Below are positions 38,701 through 51,254 of a stretch of DNA of 64,000 nt, piece by piece; within the stretch, counting starts at the first letter, position 1; each line of letters starts with the position of its first letter. Made by a program: the position numbers and the translations under genes. The stretch covers positions 20,336,001-20,400,000 of the forward strand of contig JBHGNT010000002.1 of assembly GCA_043228905.1 (NCBI GenBank). Reading direction: 5' to 3'. The notes under the pieces are model-generated. The model was not told where the DNA came from. It was given only the letters and a program-made list of their open reading frames with translations, and did no database searches. Source of the DNA: Azolla caroliniana (Eukaryota > Plantae > Polypodiophyta).

Positions 38701-40667
38701 CGGTATACTTGAAATGTCCATAACGAGTGCGAAAAGCAGTTTTCCATTCATCCCCTAGACAAATCCGAACTAGATTTTATGCACCGCGAAAATCCAATTT
38801 TGTGAAATATTTTGCTCCACTCAGACGTTCCAAAAGGTTCGAGATCAATGGTAGAGCATATCTATTCTGAATAGTCACTTTGTTTAGCCCTCAATAATCC
38901 ACAACCAACCGAAGAGACCCGTTTTTCTTCTTAACAAAGAAGATAGGTGCACCAACAGGGGATCTAGAATGCCGAATGAATCCGTTTGCCAGATTCTCAT
39001 CAATATATTCCCGCAAAGTCTCTAGCTTTATAGGTGAGAGATTATAAATTGCCCCCCATGGCGGTTCTTTCCCTGGTTTTAAGTCAATAGGGCAATCATA
39101 TGGCCTATGCTCTGGCAGTGTATTTGCCTTCACCTTATCAAAGACGTCTTTATATTTTTTTGCTAATTGGACGCCCGGCTCCGGTAAGATGGGTGATGGG
39201 CTTGATGGAGTTGCTACGATTGCAAATACGAACATGTCCTCGTTCCCCCCTTCCTCACGTAACTAATGGAGAGAGATGGTTGATAACTTATGGGATCTAG
39301 TATCAAATATTGGAATGTTGAGGGATGTGGGTGTAGTTCTTTTTTCTTGGGATTCCTCAATTGTTCTTTTCATCCAATCAATCTTCGGGTTATGTAGTTC
39401 AAACCAAGGGAGACCTAGAACCAATGGGTGTTTTGGACTACAAGTAATGTTGAAAGAGATTATGCTTGCCAAATCACCAAGAACTACACGAATTGGCTCG
39501 AACTCTTCGACTATATCACCTGATGCTATGGGACGGCCATCGATGACTTCTACGAATACTGGGTTAGGGAGGCTATTCAAGAGGATGTTTTGTGTCAATG
39601 CAAACTCACGATCCATGAAACAAGAGTTGGCTCCAGAATCTAAGAGGGCAGAGGCTAGGACTCAATGACAAGTAGATGTGCTAAGCTCAACCTGTACAGA
39701 AAAAACTCGACTAACTTCATTTGATTAAATGGAACCACGACTAGGAACTAACTCTACATATCTAGGGTTGTCCAACCAAATGGCTCCTATTTTGGCCGGA
39801 CTTACTCGTTTAACACATCCTCTAATTGGCTCAAGACATCGAATCTATTCTCATGGCATGGACTACTAGGCTTGGTTATGTTATTAGAAGTAATAATGGA
39901 GCTTGAAGTAGGGTTGGCTTGTGCACTTGGGTTCTTTGGGGTAGTTTTGAACCCCCAACGCTTGTCCTTGTAATGATAATATAGTAGCCTCGAGTTGGCG
40001 AATCCGTTGTGACAACTCTTCATATTGTTGCGCTTTCTCAGTACTCACATGTTGTAGGTCCCCAAGTAGCCTTTGATTTTCTTGTTCTAGTGCCACAAAT
40101 TTATTTGTGAGCATGTCGAGCTCAGAAAGGACGCGCATATATTCTTGTTTGCTCATGGACTCCATATCTTACGAGGGAAGAGGAAAAGAAAGAAGGAAAC
40201 TTATTAAGGTTCTTGGAAGAGAAAGAAACGAGGGAGGAAAGAAAAATTTGGTTCAAACTATCAAGACTGAAAGAGAGAGAGAGAGAGAGTATATTGTAAA
40301 GATAATGTATTGCACTAGAAGATGGACTACAATAAACAACAAGGGAGCTCTAGAATGACATTGAACCAAATTGGTTCATCCCTTATTATTAGATGCATAT
40401 TTATAAGTCTTAATAGGGTATTCTAGAAAATCTTAGAATAAAGATTATGCTAGAATATTGTAGAATGTTCTAGACAATAGAGCACCCTCGAATATTCTAA
40501 AACATTCTAGAACATAGAGTAGTTTAGAATACTTTATGATATTCTATATTGTTTATAAATTCTTTACACATAAATATATCATTACAATGGTTAAGAACTC
40601 AACACGTATATAACAAGGTTGTGGGTTCGATTCCTTGTAAACCCAAATCGTATGTAAGTCTCATCAT

Positions 40668-41244
40668 TGTGAAAGTGTTTTTAGAATTCAAGGTATTGAA
40701 GTCTACAAAAATATAAGGTATGGAGCATTCACACCCGAAGGCCAAGAACACGAGCTAAGGTTTCAAGTATAGGTCAAACTAAAAGCAAGAAAAACGGGCC
40801 ACCAAAATACAGTCTACAACGAACGCCCATAACTCATTCGTTTGGAAGCCAAATATCACGTGTAAATATGGGTTAGAAAGCTTATGACGAGAGCTTATGT
40901 AAATTTGGAGCATGGATGAGGGAGATATGACGATTAGAAGATCGTTGTGTCATAGCTAAGAATAGGAGATGGAAAAGCTCTAAAAAAAGCGTGGAAAAGA
41001 AAGCAAGCGAACGAAACTTATCTACTAGAGGAGAACTTCATATAAAGCAAGAAGAGTGAGATGGTGAGGAGAGTCTACTTCTTGTGGTGTTTTTCTTGTC
41101 TATTCATGTAGTGTGGTTGTGTTGTTATCCATATGTCTTTGTAGACTTGGATTTATGTATCTTCTTTCTCTCTTCCTTCTATCATGATCAATAGATATTT
41201 GTAGTTTTAGATTTATATCTTTTCTTTCTATCATCACCCTTTCA
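40668..41244. repeat. Solo LTR-like insertion (577 bp) 4 bp from the tip of element B's LTR
   Basis: TGTGAAAG...CTTTCA termini, 5-bp TSD ATCAT (40663-40667, 41245-41249). Confidence 0.75.
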
Positions 41245-41735
41245 ATCATGACAGTAGCTTTTCATCATCGCCTTGTTGAGATAGAATGCTACGCAAGGCG
41301 AAATCCGACGTGTCAGCGTTAATGATGAATGGTTTTTCTAGATCATCATGAGCTAGAATAGGAGCTGATGTAAATGCCTTCGTAAGACTCTCAAACGCCA
41401 TGTCTGCTTCTTCAGACCAAATGAACGATTGTCCATATGTCTTTGTAGACTTGGATTTATGTATCTTCTTTCTCTCTTCCTTCTATCATGATCAATAGAT
41501 CTTTGTAGTTTTAGATTTATATCTTTTCTTTCTATCATCACCCTTTCAATCATGACAGTAGCTTTTCATCATCGCCTTGTTGAGATAGAATGCTACGCAA
41601 GGCGAAATCCGACGTGTCATCTTTAATGATGAATGGTTTTTCTAGATCATCATGAGCTATAATAGGAGCTAATGTAAATGCCTTCGTAAGACTCTCAAAC
41701 GCCATGTCTGCTTCTTCAGACCAAATGAACGATTG
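41128..41735. repeat. 304-bp tandem duplication
   Basis: 41128-41431 repeated at 41432-41735 with a few substitutions; TCC microhomology at the junctions. Confidence 0.9.
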
Positions 41736-43075
41736 TCCTTTCCTGGTAAGTTGTGTGAGAGGCAGAACAAACTTTGAGTAATCCTATATAAACTTACAGT
41801 AGAAATTGGCAAAGCCTAAAAAGCATTCCACAACAAATGTGGAGTCAGCCACTCTACCACTGTTTTGACCTTAACAGGATGCATGGAGATGACATAGCCC
41901 AGAAATTCCACCTGGTTGCACCAAAAACTACATTTTTCCAGTTTTGCATAAAGACCATGTTCTCGAAGTCGTTTTAGTACTAACAATACATGAGAATCAT
42001 GCTCTTCCTCGGTCTTCGAATAAACTAGTATATCATCCAAATAGATGATCAAACAATCATCCAAGAGATCTCAGAATATATCATTTGCTATGTGGTGGAA
42101 GACTGTTGGTGCATTAGTGAGACCGAATGGCATGACTGTATACTCGAAGTGCCCATATCTAGTGCGAAACGCGGTCTTCCATTCATCTCTTGGTCAGATC
42201 CATACGAGGTTATATGCTCCTCGTAAGTCGATCTTTGTGAAGAACCATGCACCATTGATCCATTCTAGAAGACTTGAAATAAGGGCAAGTGCATACTTAT
42301 TCCTGATGGTGACCTTATTCAAGCCACGGTAATCTACGAGGAGATGTAGTGATCCATCCTTTTTCTTGATGAAGAAAATGGGTGCGCCGACTGGAGATTT
42401 CGAATGTCGAATGAAACCATTTGCCAAATTATCCTCTATATAGGCTCGAAGGACTTCTAGCTCGGTTGGTGACAAGTTGTAGATCAGTCCCCATGGTGGC
42501 TCTTTTCCCGGTTGTAAATCAATGGGGCAATCATATGGCCAATGGTGAGGAAACGTATTGGCTTGTATTTTATCGAGCACATCAGCATAATGATGATTCT
42601 TCTTTGGAAGTTGAATGGTGGAATCCTCTTTAGTGGTGTTGGAGGGTTTTACTGATACTGCAAAGAGAAACATTTCTTCCTTGCGTCCTTCCTTACACAA
42701 CTGATGGAGCGAAATGGTTGCAATCTTATGAATAGATCCTCGGGTGTTTCGATACCGGATTTCTCTTGTTCTCCAATTTATGTCTGGGTTATGTAATTCG
42801 AACCATGGTAATCCCAAAACAATGGGTTAATGTGGGATACTAATTATAATAAATGATACTACACATGCTAAGTTATCTAGGGCAATAGTAACTGGCTTTG
42901 ACTCTTCTATGATATTTCCGGAAGCAATGGGACGACCATCAATGACTACTACAGAGGCTGGACACGGGAGTTTTCTTAGGGATATCTGATGAGCTTGGGC
43001 AAAATTCCTATCCATGAAGCAAGAATTGGCTCCAGAATCTAGGAGTGCTAAGACATGTATTAGAGGGGTACTTTT

Positions 43076-46000
43076 TGTTGGGAAACAAGGTCGTCTATGC
43101 GGAAGATCAAGAAGCATTCGATTGCTGTTGAGTACCTGCGTATGACAGTTTGTATGTCGTTGCACAGAGAGAGAGAGAGAGACAGAGAGGCACAAAAAAC
43201 TTTCTCATTCCATAAAGCAATAATACAACACCCAACCTTACAAAAAGGTTACAAGGTCACTATATATAGTGACCGACTTAGGGCAACTACCCTTTATGCT
43301 AATTACATAAATGGCCAAAACGGGATAGTGTGAATACGTCCATTATACACATGTATTCGACACTCCCCCGTAATGGGCGTATACATGGGTTATCTAAGAT
43401 TACAGGTATAGACTTAGGTTCTCGGACATATCAGCTTTGTTCGAGTCGGCAGGGTCCGAAGGCAGAAGACCGAACTGGTCGGGTCGGAACAGTTGAAGCC
43501 GATCATTAAGGAACTGATGTCGGTTGTCGGGAACCATCCTGCTCTGTGTCCGGCTCTAACCGGACTGGTTTGTCGTTACGCCCATCTGATGCCGAAGAGA
43601 CCGAAAGCGGTCTGCCGAAAGACACTTGGTCATTCCATCTGCGACATTGTCGGTTGTGGATATTTTCTCTAGACCGATTTTCCCTGAAATGACGCAGTCC
43701 CGAACGAAGTGATATCGAACGTCGATATGTTTGGAGGCGTTGTGGTGAACCGGATTTTTCGACAAGGCAACAGCACCTTGACTGTCGCTGAAGACAACTG
43801 GAGCCGAGTCATGGTCGACTTGTCGAAACGTGTGCGCCAGCCGACCGAGCCACAAAGCTTCTTTTGCTGTGTCGGACGCAGCTACATATTCTGCTTCGGT
43901 CGTTGAGGTCGCTGTGCACTCCTGAAGTTTCGACTTCCACGAGATTGCTCCATTGCCGAATTTGAAGCAGTATCCGGTTGTTGATTTCCGACTGTCTATA
44001 CAGCCGGCGAAATCCGAGTCGGTGTAACCGACTACGCCTGAGGTTCGGTTCGGACCGAAAAGAATGCCGTGGTCTTTTGTGCCAGCCAGATATCTGAACA
44101 CATGCTTGACTGCGTTCCAATGCGATCGGCCGGGATTGTGCATAAATCTGCTAACGACTCCTACGGCGTGAGAAATATCAGGCCGTGTCGCGACCATCAG
44201 GTACATAAGGGAGCCGACTGTCGGTGCATACGGTACCGACTTCATATCTTCCCCCTCCGGACCGGATGTCGGGCAGTCTCGCTGAGAGAGCCGAAGATTC
44301 ATGGGGAGCGGGGTTGAGGCAGATTTGGCTGATTGCATGTTGAAGCGTTCTAAGACACGTCGGATATAGTCGGTCTGAGACAAAAAAAGATGTCGTTTAT
44401 CGCGATGCCGACTAATCTTCATGCCAAGGATGTGTCGTGCCGGACCGAGGTCCTTCATGGCAAACTTCAACCGCAGTTGCCGAATGAGATCGGCAAGTTC
44501 GCCCGCGTGGCGTCCAGAGATTAGCATGTCGTCCACGTAAATGATGAGGAAGATGGGTGATCCATCTTGAGCTGTGTTGGTGAAAAGACAATGGTCCTCA
44601 TCGCTTTTTGAGAAGCCGATCGATTGGATGAAGTCGTCGAACTTCTTGTACCATTGTCGTGGTGCCTGTTTGAGGCCGTATAGACTCTTCCTGAGTCGGC
44701 AGACTAGATGTTCTTGGCCAGTTGCCACGAAGCCTTTTGGCTGCTCCATATAAATTTCCTCCTCGAGATCACCATGGAGGAAGGCTGTTTTGACATCTAG
44801 CTGAATCAGCTCCAAGTTGTCGGCTGCCACGACGCCGAGCAGAAAACGAAGGGTTGTCATTTTCACCACTGGTGAAAAAATCTCGTCGAAGTCGACGCCA
44901 TATTCTTGTCGGAAGCCCTTCGCAACTAATCTGGCCTTGTACTTTGGGGTGGTCGAATCAGACGTCTCTTTTAGTCGATAAACCCACTTGCAAGGAAGAG
45001 CACGTCGGTTCCTAGGTAATTCGACCAGATCCCAAGTCTTGTTTGCCCGAATGGAGTGCATTTCCGACTCCATCGCCAGATGCCAGGTGGCGGAATCGAC
45101 AGATGTCGATGCTTCTTCGTAAGACGTCGGTTCGCCGGCGTCGGTGAAGAAAATTCCAGGAGAGTACCTCTCCGGAGGTTGCGACAGTCTCTCGGATCGT
45201 CGAGGTATGATTGGACTGGTCGCATCGGGTATCGAGGTCGGATGGTCCGAAAGCGGATTGTTCTGCTGTGCCGAGTCGGAGTTGTCCGAGTCGGTAGTGT
45301 AAGGTTCAGCTACCCGTGAAGCTGACCATGTGTTGAGAGCGGGGCCTTCTTGAAGGGTCGGCACATCGGAAAACGTTACCCTTCGGACTTCGATCGGTTT
45401 TTCGACTGCTGGATTCATAGCCGACTCGTTGAACACAACGTCCGAACTTCGAACGATTTGTCTGCGTTCGGGGTCCCAAAGTCGGTATCCCATTTCGCCG
45501 TCGGATCCATATCCAAGGAAAATGCATTTCCTGGACCGAGGTGCAAGTTTTCGGCGATCATCTTTCGGAATAAGGGCGTACGCCTTGCATCCGAAGATCC
45601 TCAGCTTGTCGTAATTCGGCTTACTGCCGATCCATAGTTCCTGAGGAATTTGAAGTCCTAGAGGTCTACTTGGCGACATATTGATTATGTGTACTGCCGT
45701 GAGTAGAGCCTCTGCCCAGAAGCCATCCGACAGTCCGGAGTGTTGGAGCATGGAAACTGTCCGTTCTTGGATTGTCCGATTCATGCGTTCGGCAATCCCG
45801 TTTTGCTCCGGACTGTGTGGTGCCGTAAATTCACGTCGGATGCCGCGTTGTCGGCAGAATTTGACGAATTCTTCGGATTTAAACTCTCCCCCATTGTCTG
45901 TCCGAAAGCATTTCAGCTTTCGGTCGGTTTGATTTTCTACCATAACGAGCCAATCGGTGAAGATCGAGAAGACCCGATCTTTGGTGCGAATTGGATAAGC

Positions 46001-48433
46001 CCACACCTTTCGAGTCGAGTCGTCAATAAAAGTGACGAAGTAAGAGGCACCGCCGAGAGACTGATGCGGCATTGGGCCACAAACGTCCGAGTGGACCAAA
46101 TCGAGAGGTCTCGTTTCTCTTGGTGCTGATGTCGGGTGTGATGCGGCTGCTTGTTTGCCATACTGGCAATGCTCGCAAAATTGATGGTCGGAGAAGGAGA
46201 GTTTGGGGATGTATCCGGCTCTGGATAGGTGCGTGATGCCGGCCTTGCTGAGGTGTCCTAATCTTCGGTGCCATAGTGATGACACAGGAATATCCACCAA
46301 AAACAGGTTACCCTCTCTGAGCGTAACATGTAACGGATACAGGGAGTGTATCTTGGGTCCTCTAGCAAGCAGGAGGTTCCCCCTGTGGAGTGTCCACCCT
46401 CCCGAAGAAAAACCGGCACGAATGCCGTCTTCATCTAGTTGTCCGACTGAGATCAATGGCCTTGAGAGCTCGGGTACATGTCGGACATTGTGGAGTACAA
46501 GTGTAGAGCCACCTGCAAGGTTGAGCTCTACTGTGCCGATTCCGATGATGTCACAGTGTTGTGAGTTGCCGACTCGAACTGAGTCGGAGTGACGGATCGT
46601 ATATTGCCGGAATTGGGATCGATGAGGAGTCACATGAAATGACGCGCCCGAGTCTAAGAGCCATGTGCTCGATTCTTCAGTCGTGAGTAGAACTTCTGAT
46701 CCGACTGGATTTTCGATTGATAGTATATTCGGGTCGTCCGGTAGTACATCAGCTGAGAAGCTGACGTAATTGATCTCCTCATGCCGGCCACTCTTCTTGT
46801 TGTTCTTGTTCTTGAGTGCGCGGCAGTCTGCTTTGATGTGTCCGGGTTTCTTGCAATAGTTGCAGATTCGGTTATCCCGTGACTGGCTCCGTCTTCGCTG
46901 ATTGTTCGGCGGTCGTGAGGAATCTCTTCCTCGTATGTTCGATCGGTCTGTCGAACCTTGTACTACGTAAGCGTCGTCTGTTGAGTCTTTGGCGAAAGAC
47001 TTTCTCCGAGCTGCTTCGGTCAGGATTGCGCTCGTGACTTCGGAGTATTTAACAGCCGTGCTTGACGCGTTGCACACGGTTGTGACGAAAGTTTCCCATG
47101 ATGAGGGAAGGCTGCTCATGAGTATCATTGCTCTGAGTTCATCCTCGATTGCCGTCCCCTGTGACTAGATTTGGGAGCTTATGCTTTCGTACTCATTGAG
47201 GTGTGCTTGAACCGAATCGGATTCTTTCATCCGCAAGTTGTAGAGGCGCCGGATCAGAAACATCTTCGTTGCGGCGACCTTCTTTTCGTAAGTGTCCGAC
47301 AGTGTTTTCCACAGTTCGAATGCTGTCGTACACGATTGCACCGTAAAGTATACCGATTCCGATAGGTGCATCCGAATCGTGGCGCGGACAATTCTGTCCA
47401 GCTTCTGCCACTCAATTGGTTTGTATCCTTCTGGAGGTTCTTCATTTTCGATGGGATCGATTTGCCCCTTGACTATGAGATAGTCCTGCATTTGTTCCTT
47501 CCAGAAGTTGAAGTTCGATCCATCGAACTTACGTAGACTCATTTCTGACGAGCCGGATGTTGATGCCATCAAATTCGGTTTCGGTTGACGAAGCTCGGTT
47601 CGGAGTTGACTACGAGCCTTGTTGGAGTGCAGCCGGTTGGCTCACCCGATATCGCTCTAGTCGGATTTGAACCCGAGTCGGTTCGGCTTCGGAACTTGCT
47701 CGAATTGACTCCGGTAGCTTGAGGGACAGAACCGACTGGTCTTCCCGAATGTTGCCGAGTCGGAGTGAGCCCAGTTCGCTTCGGATATATATGCCGAATA
47801 CCGATTATTAAAACCGATTATCTGGACCGATTCTGCTTCGGTTGACTGCAGCAATGAGAGAGACGGATCCGACTGATCCTCCCGAATGTCGATCAGCCAG
47901 ATGAAGCACGAATTTGGGTTGTTGTCAAAGTTGCACAAGGGGATTTCACCTCGAGCGATTACGATCACAAGGGACAGAGTACAACCTACTGGCTTACTCC
48001 AAAGTGAAGATGATCTAACGCGATGAGATGCGAGCCTCGTTTTTCTTCTTCTTCTCTCTTCTTCGAATGACGCAGGAAACCGAATGCTGAGACGACGGCC
48101 GACAGCGGATTGAAGGACCGACTACTGTGCAGGCTTTGATGCCAGATGTTGGGAAACAAGGTCGTCTATGCGGAAGATCAAGAAGCATTCGATTGCTGTT
48201 GAGTACCTGCGTATGACAGTTTGTATGTCGTTGCACAGAGAGAGAGAGAGAGACAGAGAGGCACAAAAAACTTTCTCATTCCATAAAGCAATAATACAAC
48301 ACCCAACCTTACAAAAAGGTTACAAGGTCACTATATATAGTGACCGACTTAGGGCAACTACCCTTTATGCTAATTACATAAATGGCCAAAACGGGATAGT
48401 GTGAATACGTCCATTATACACATGTATTCGACA
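43076..48433 (-). mobile_element. Recent Ty1/Copia element 'C' nested at the protease region of element A
   Basis: Apparently identical 287-bp LTRs 43076-43362 and 48147-48433; TSD CTTTT; PBS TGGCATCAAAGC (iMet-like); PPT GGGGGAG. Confidence 0.96.
43556..47572 (-). pseudogene. Copia gag-pol with a single in-frame TAG at 47165-47167
   Basis: ORFs 47165-47572 and 43556-47128 share a frame; all domains are otherwise intact (CNYCKKPGHIKADC, LDSGAS, HSDVCGP, YVDDML, DSDFAG). Confidence 0.9.
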
Positions 48434-50245
48434 CTTTTAGTACTAGCGGTTACTTGATCTAAGAACACATTGCTAACTTTCTTAGAGGGAATGGAACCAC
48501 TAACAGGCTGCACAGATCTAGGGATCTCCAACCAAACAACTCCTATTTTGGTTGGACTTAGTCATTTAACTCTTCTTCTAACTTACTAAGGACATCAAAT
48601 TTGTTCGATAGACTTGGGCTATTAGTACTATTAGGACTATCAGATATTCCTACTGAAATAGACTTGAGTTTAGAACAATTCGTACTAGTGACTATTTGGT
48701 TTACCTGTCTTCTTGGCCTATGAGGACAATTCATTGTGATATGCCCAGGTTCACCACAATAAAGACATAGTTGATTTTCTCGGCGTCACTTTTTTCCTCT
48801 TACGATAATGGCCCGCGACGACGTGTGGTGTCAATTTCCATCGGAGTTGGAGTATTTGCTGGAGACGCATTATATGACTCCCTTGGAAAAGGTTTTGCTA
48901 CCACTGAGGCATAGGTGGGCTCTGATCTTGTCCTTGGCATCTGGATTTGACGTTTTGAACGTCGTTCGAAAAGGCGGTTGTCGCATCTCACCACACGATT
49001 GATTGCTTCGGTCAATGACTTTGGCTCTTCAGGGAAGGTTAAGAGTAAATCCTTAACATCATTGCATAGGCCAAAACGAAATTGTTGCATTAATGCCTGG
49101 TCATCCCAGGGAATATCAGTGGCGAGAAGACGAAAATCCCTAGCATAAGCCAAGGTCGGCCGCTCACCTTGGCGCAATCTCCAGATTTTGTTGATTGTCG
49201 TCCTAACACTATCGGTATCTCCAAAACAGGCTTTAAACTTGGTAATAAACTCTTCGAAATGATTTAACAAGGGAGAGTTTTTTCTAGTAGGGGGCGAACC
49301 ATGCCAAAGCCGTGCCACTAAGTAGAGTGCCTGCTAGTCTCACTCGTGATGCATCAGTGGGATATCGAGAAGGATGCATTTTAATCACTAAACGTACTTG
49401 ATTAAGAAAACCTCTAAGTTGTGATTGGGTCCCATCAAATTTCATAGGAAGACCGATCTTGGGTTCTTTGTGAATCCCTTGAGTGCTTGATCCTTGTTCT
49501 TGTAGGGATATAATAGTTGCTTCAAGTTGTTATACACGTAACATCAGCTCCCCGTGTTGTTATTGTTTTTCTAGCGCTATTTGTTGAAGATCCCCCAAAA
49601 AACGGTGATTTTCTTGTTCTAGTACTACAAACTTCTTTTTTAAGCACTGGAGCTCTAAGAAAACAGATTGGTATTCCTGAGCACTAACAGTTGCCATTTT
49701 ACTATGGAGGATAAGAGGATTAGTATTAAGGAAAGGAGGGAGAAAAAATTGGTTCAAACTGTCAAGAACAGTACTAAGACAGAGAGGGAATTAGTACTAA
49801 GAGATGTGAATTAGTACTAAGAGAGAGAAAATGGTGTAGAATTCACGAGAGAAGGAGAGAGAGAGGGAGGGAGGGAGGGAGAGAGAATGATGATAATAAA
49901 AGATATATTAAATTATATGAAGAGTAAGTACAAGAATAGCTATGACGCTTAAGACTGGCGTTGAACCTATTTGGTTCGAAATAATGCTTTGTGCCTCCTT
50001 TTATAGTGTTCTCAGGAGTACTCCTAAAGTTTTTAGAATGTTCCAAAGAAATCTGGAATATACATCAATTTTCTATAGTAAAACTTAAAAGAAAATAATA
50101 TTTTTCGTATTACAATACATAGTGTAATGGTAAGAGTTCGACCCATGTAATATAAGGTCATGGGTTCGAGTCTTGTCATATTATGACAACATTTTTTCGG
50201 TTGCTTCTCAAGTGCCTTTACTTGTTCTCCCGATTCTTGTTTTAG

Positions 50246-50592
50246 TTCTCCCCCTCAAGTGCGGTATATCGAGATGCTATAACCCAAGCATCTCCAATAT
50301 ACTACAACTTGTCGGATCCAAGAGCCTTCGGGAAGATGCCGGCAACATGTTGATCGGTTCGAACATACCGGAGTTCAACTTCACCGCTCAGGACCCGCTT
50401 GCGCACAAAGTGATAATGCACTTCGATGTGCTTTGTGCGAGCATGGAAGACGGGGTTCTTGGCGAGGTACATGCTCCTAATATTGTCGCAGTAGATCAGG
50501 ATCGGAGTTGGTACTTCGATCCGAAGGTCTTGAACCAGCCGCCAAAGCCATATGGCTTCACAGGTTGCGACGATAGCTCCTCGGTACTCAAC
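50246..50592 (-). pseudogene. Copia RNase H C-terminal fragment with PPT-like tract
   Basis: EYRGA...CEAIWL...YCDN...KNPVFHARTKHIEVHYHFVR; TTGAGGGGGAG downstream. Confidence 0.8.
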
Positions 50593-51254
50593 CTTTTTTC
50601 CATAAAAAATATACTCCATTGGTATTAAAATTAACAATTCCAAAGGCAATCTACATATTGTACATAATAGTTTCCGCTCCACAAGTAACTATCATAAAAA
50701 GGAACAAATATAAATGATGGCATTTTGCAAGATAAGGATATTTATATCCATGAAACCTCTCTCAGCCTTTGCCAACAAGACCCATTCTCAACATATAAAC
50801 AAATTCCTACGGTCTAAGAGAATACATATCTTTACATATCTTGGTGGTAATCCTAGTCAACATACCCTGGTTGTTCACCCTGGCTAGTAGTCTAAAAACT
50901 CCATGTTTGCATTTGGTTCCACATATACTGAAGATGTTCACCATCAATTGGTTGTCCAATAGGTGATGCTATTTGACAAATGTGTGGTACACAATAGTTG
51001 GAGACACAAAAGTAGTCCATGATGCACCTGACGCTTGGGGTAAAACGTGATGGGTTGCCTTGGATAGCCCCCATTTATCATCTCCCATATCAAAATGACC
51101 ATGTCCTTCATCTCCACGAAAATTGAAAATGTACTTGTAATTAATCTCCCTATAAAACAAGATGAACTATGTCCTCCTCACCTCACACCATCTCCTTCGA
51201 TCCCCACACCATCTTCACTCAACCTTAATAGTAAACAAAATTATGCTTCATTCG

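Larger units (their letters stand above)
35741..41253 (-). mobile_element. Nested degenerate chromovirus 'B' inserted in RNase H of element A; gag largely deleted
   Basis: LTRs 35741-36171 and 40259-41253 (interrupted); TSD GTAGC; removal restores GDDEKLHLLAFHSRKFE; PR/RT/RH/INT and chromodomain FEVAAILDSKIVRNKLYYVVDWLGY. Confidence 0.9.
33142..50188 (-). mobile_element. Degenerate chromovirus (Tcn1/Tf1-like Gypsy) 'A', host to several nested insertions
   Basis: LTRs 33142-33567 and 49760-50188; TSD ACGTT/ACATT; gag 48558-49697; PR LLDSGANSCF; RT 41816-42817; RH; INT; chromodomain EYEVFAILDSKIVRNKLYYLVYWLGY at ~33930-34100; PPT ~33863-33875. Confidence 0.88.

Noticed and set aside
43097-43333. 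Identical 78-aa ORFs at 43097 and 48168
   Set aside because: A by-product of identical LTRs; no coding features.
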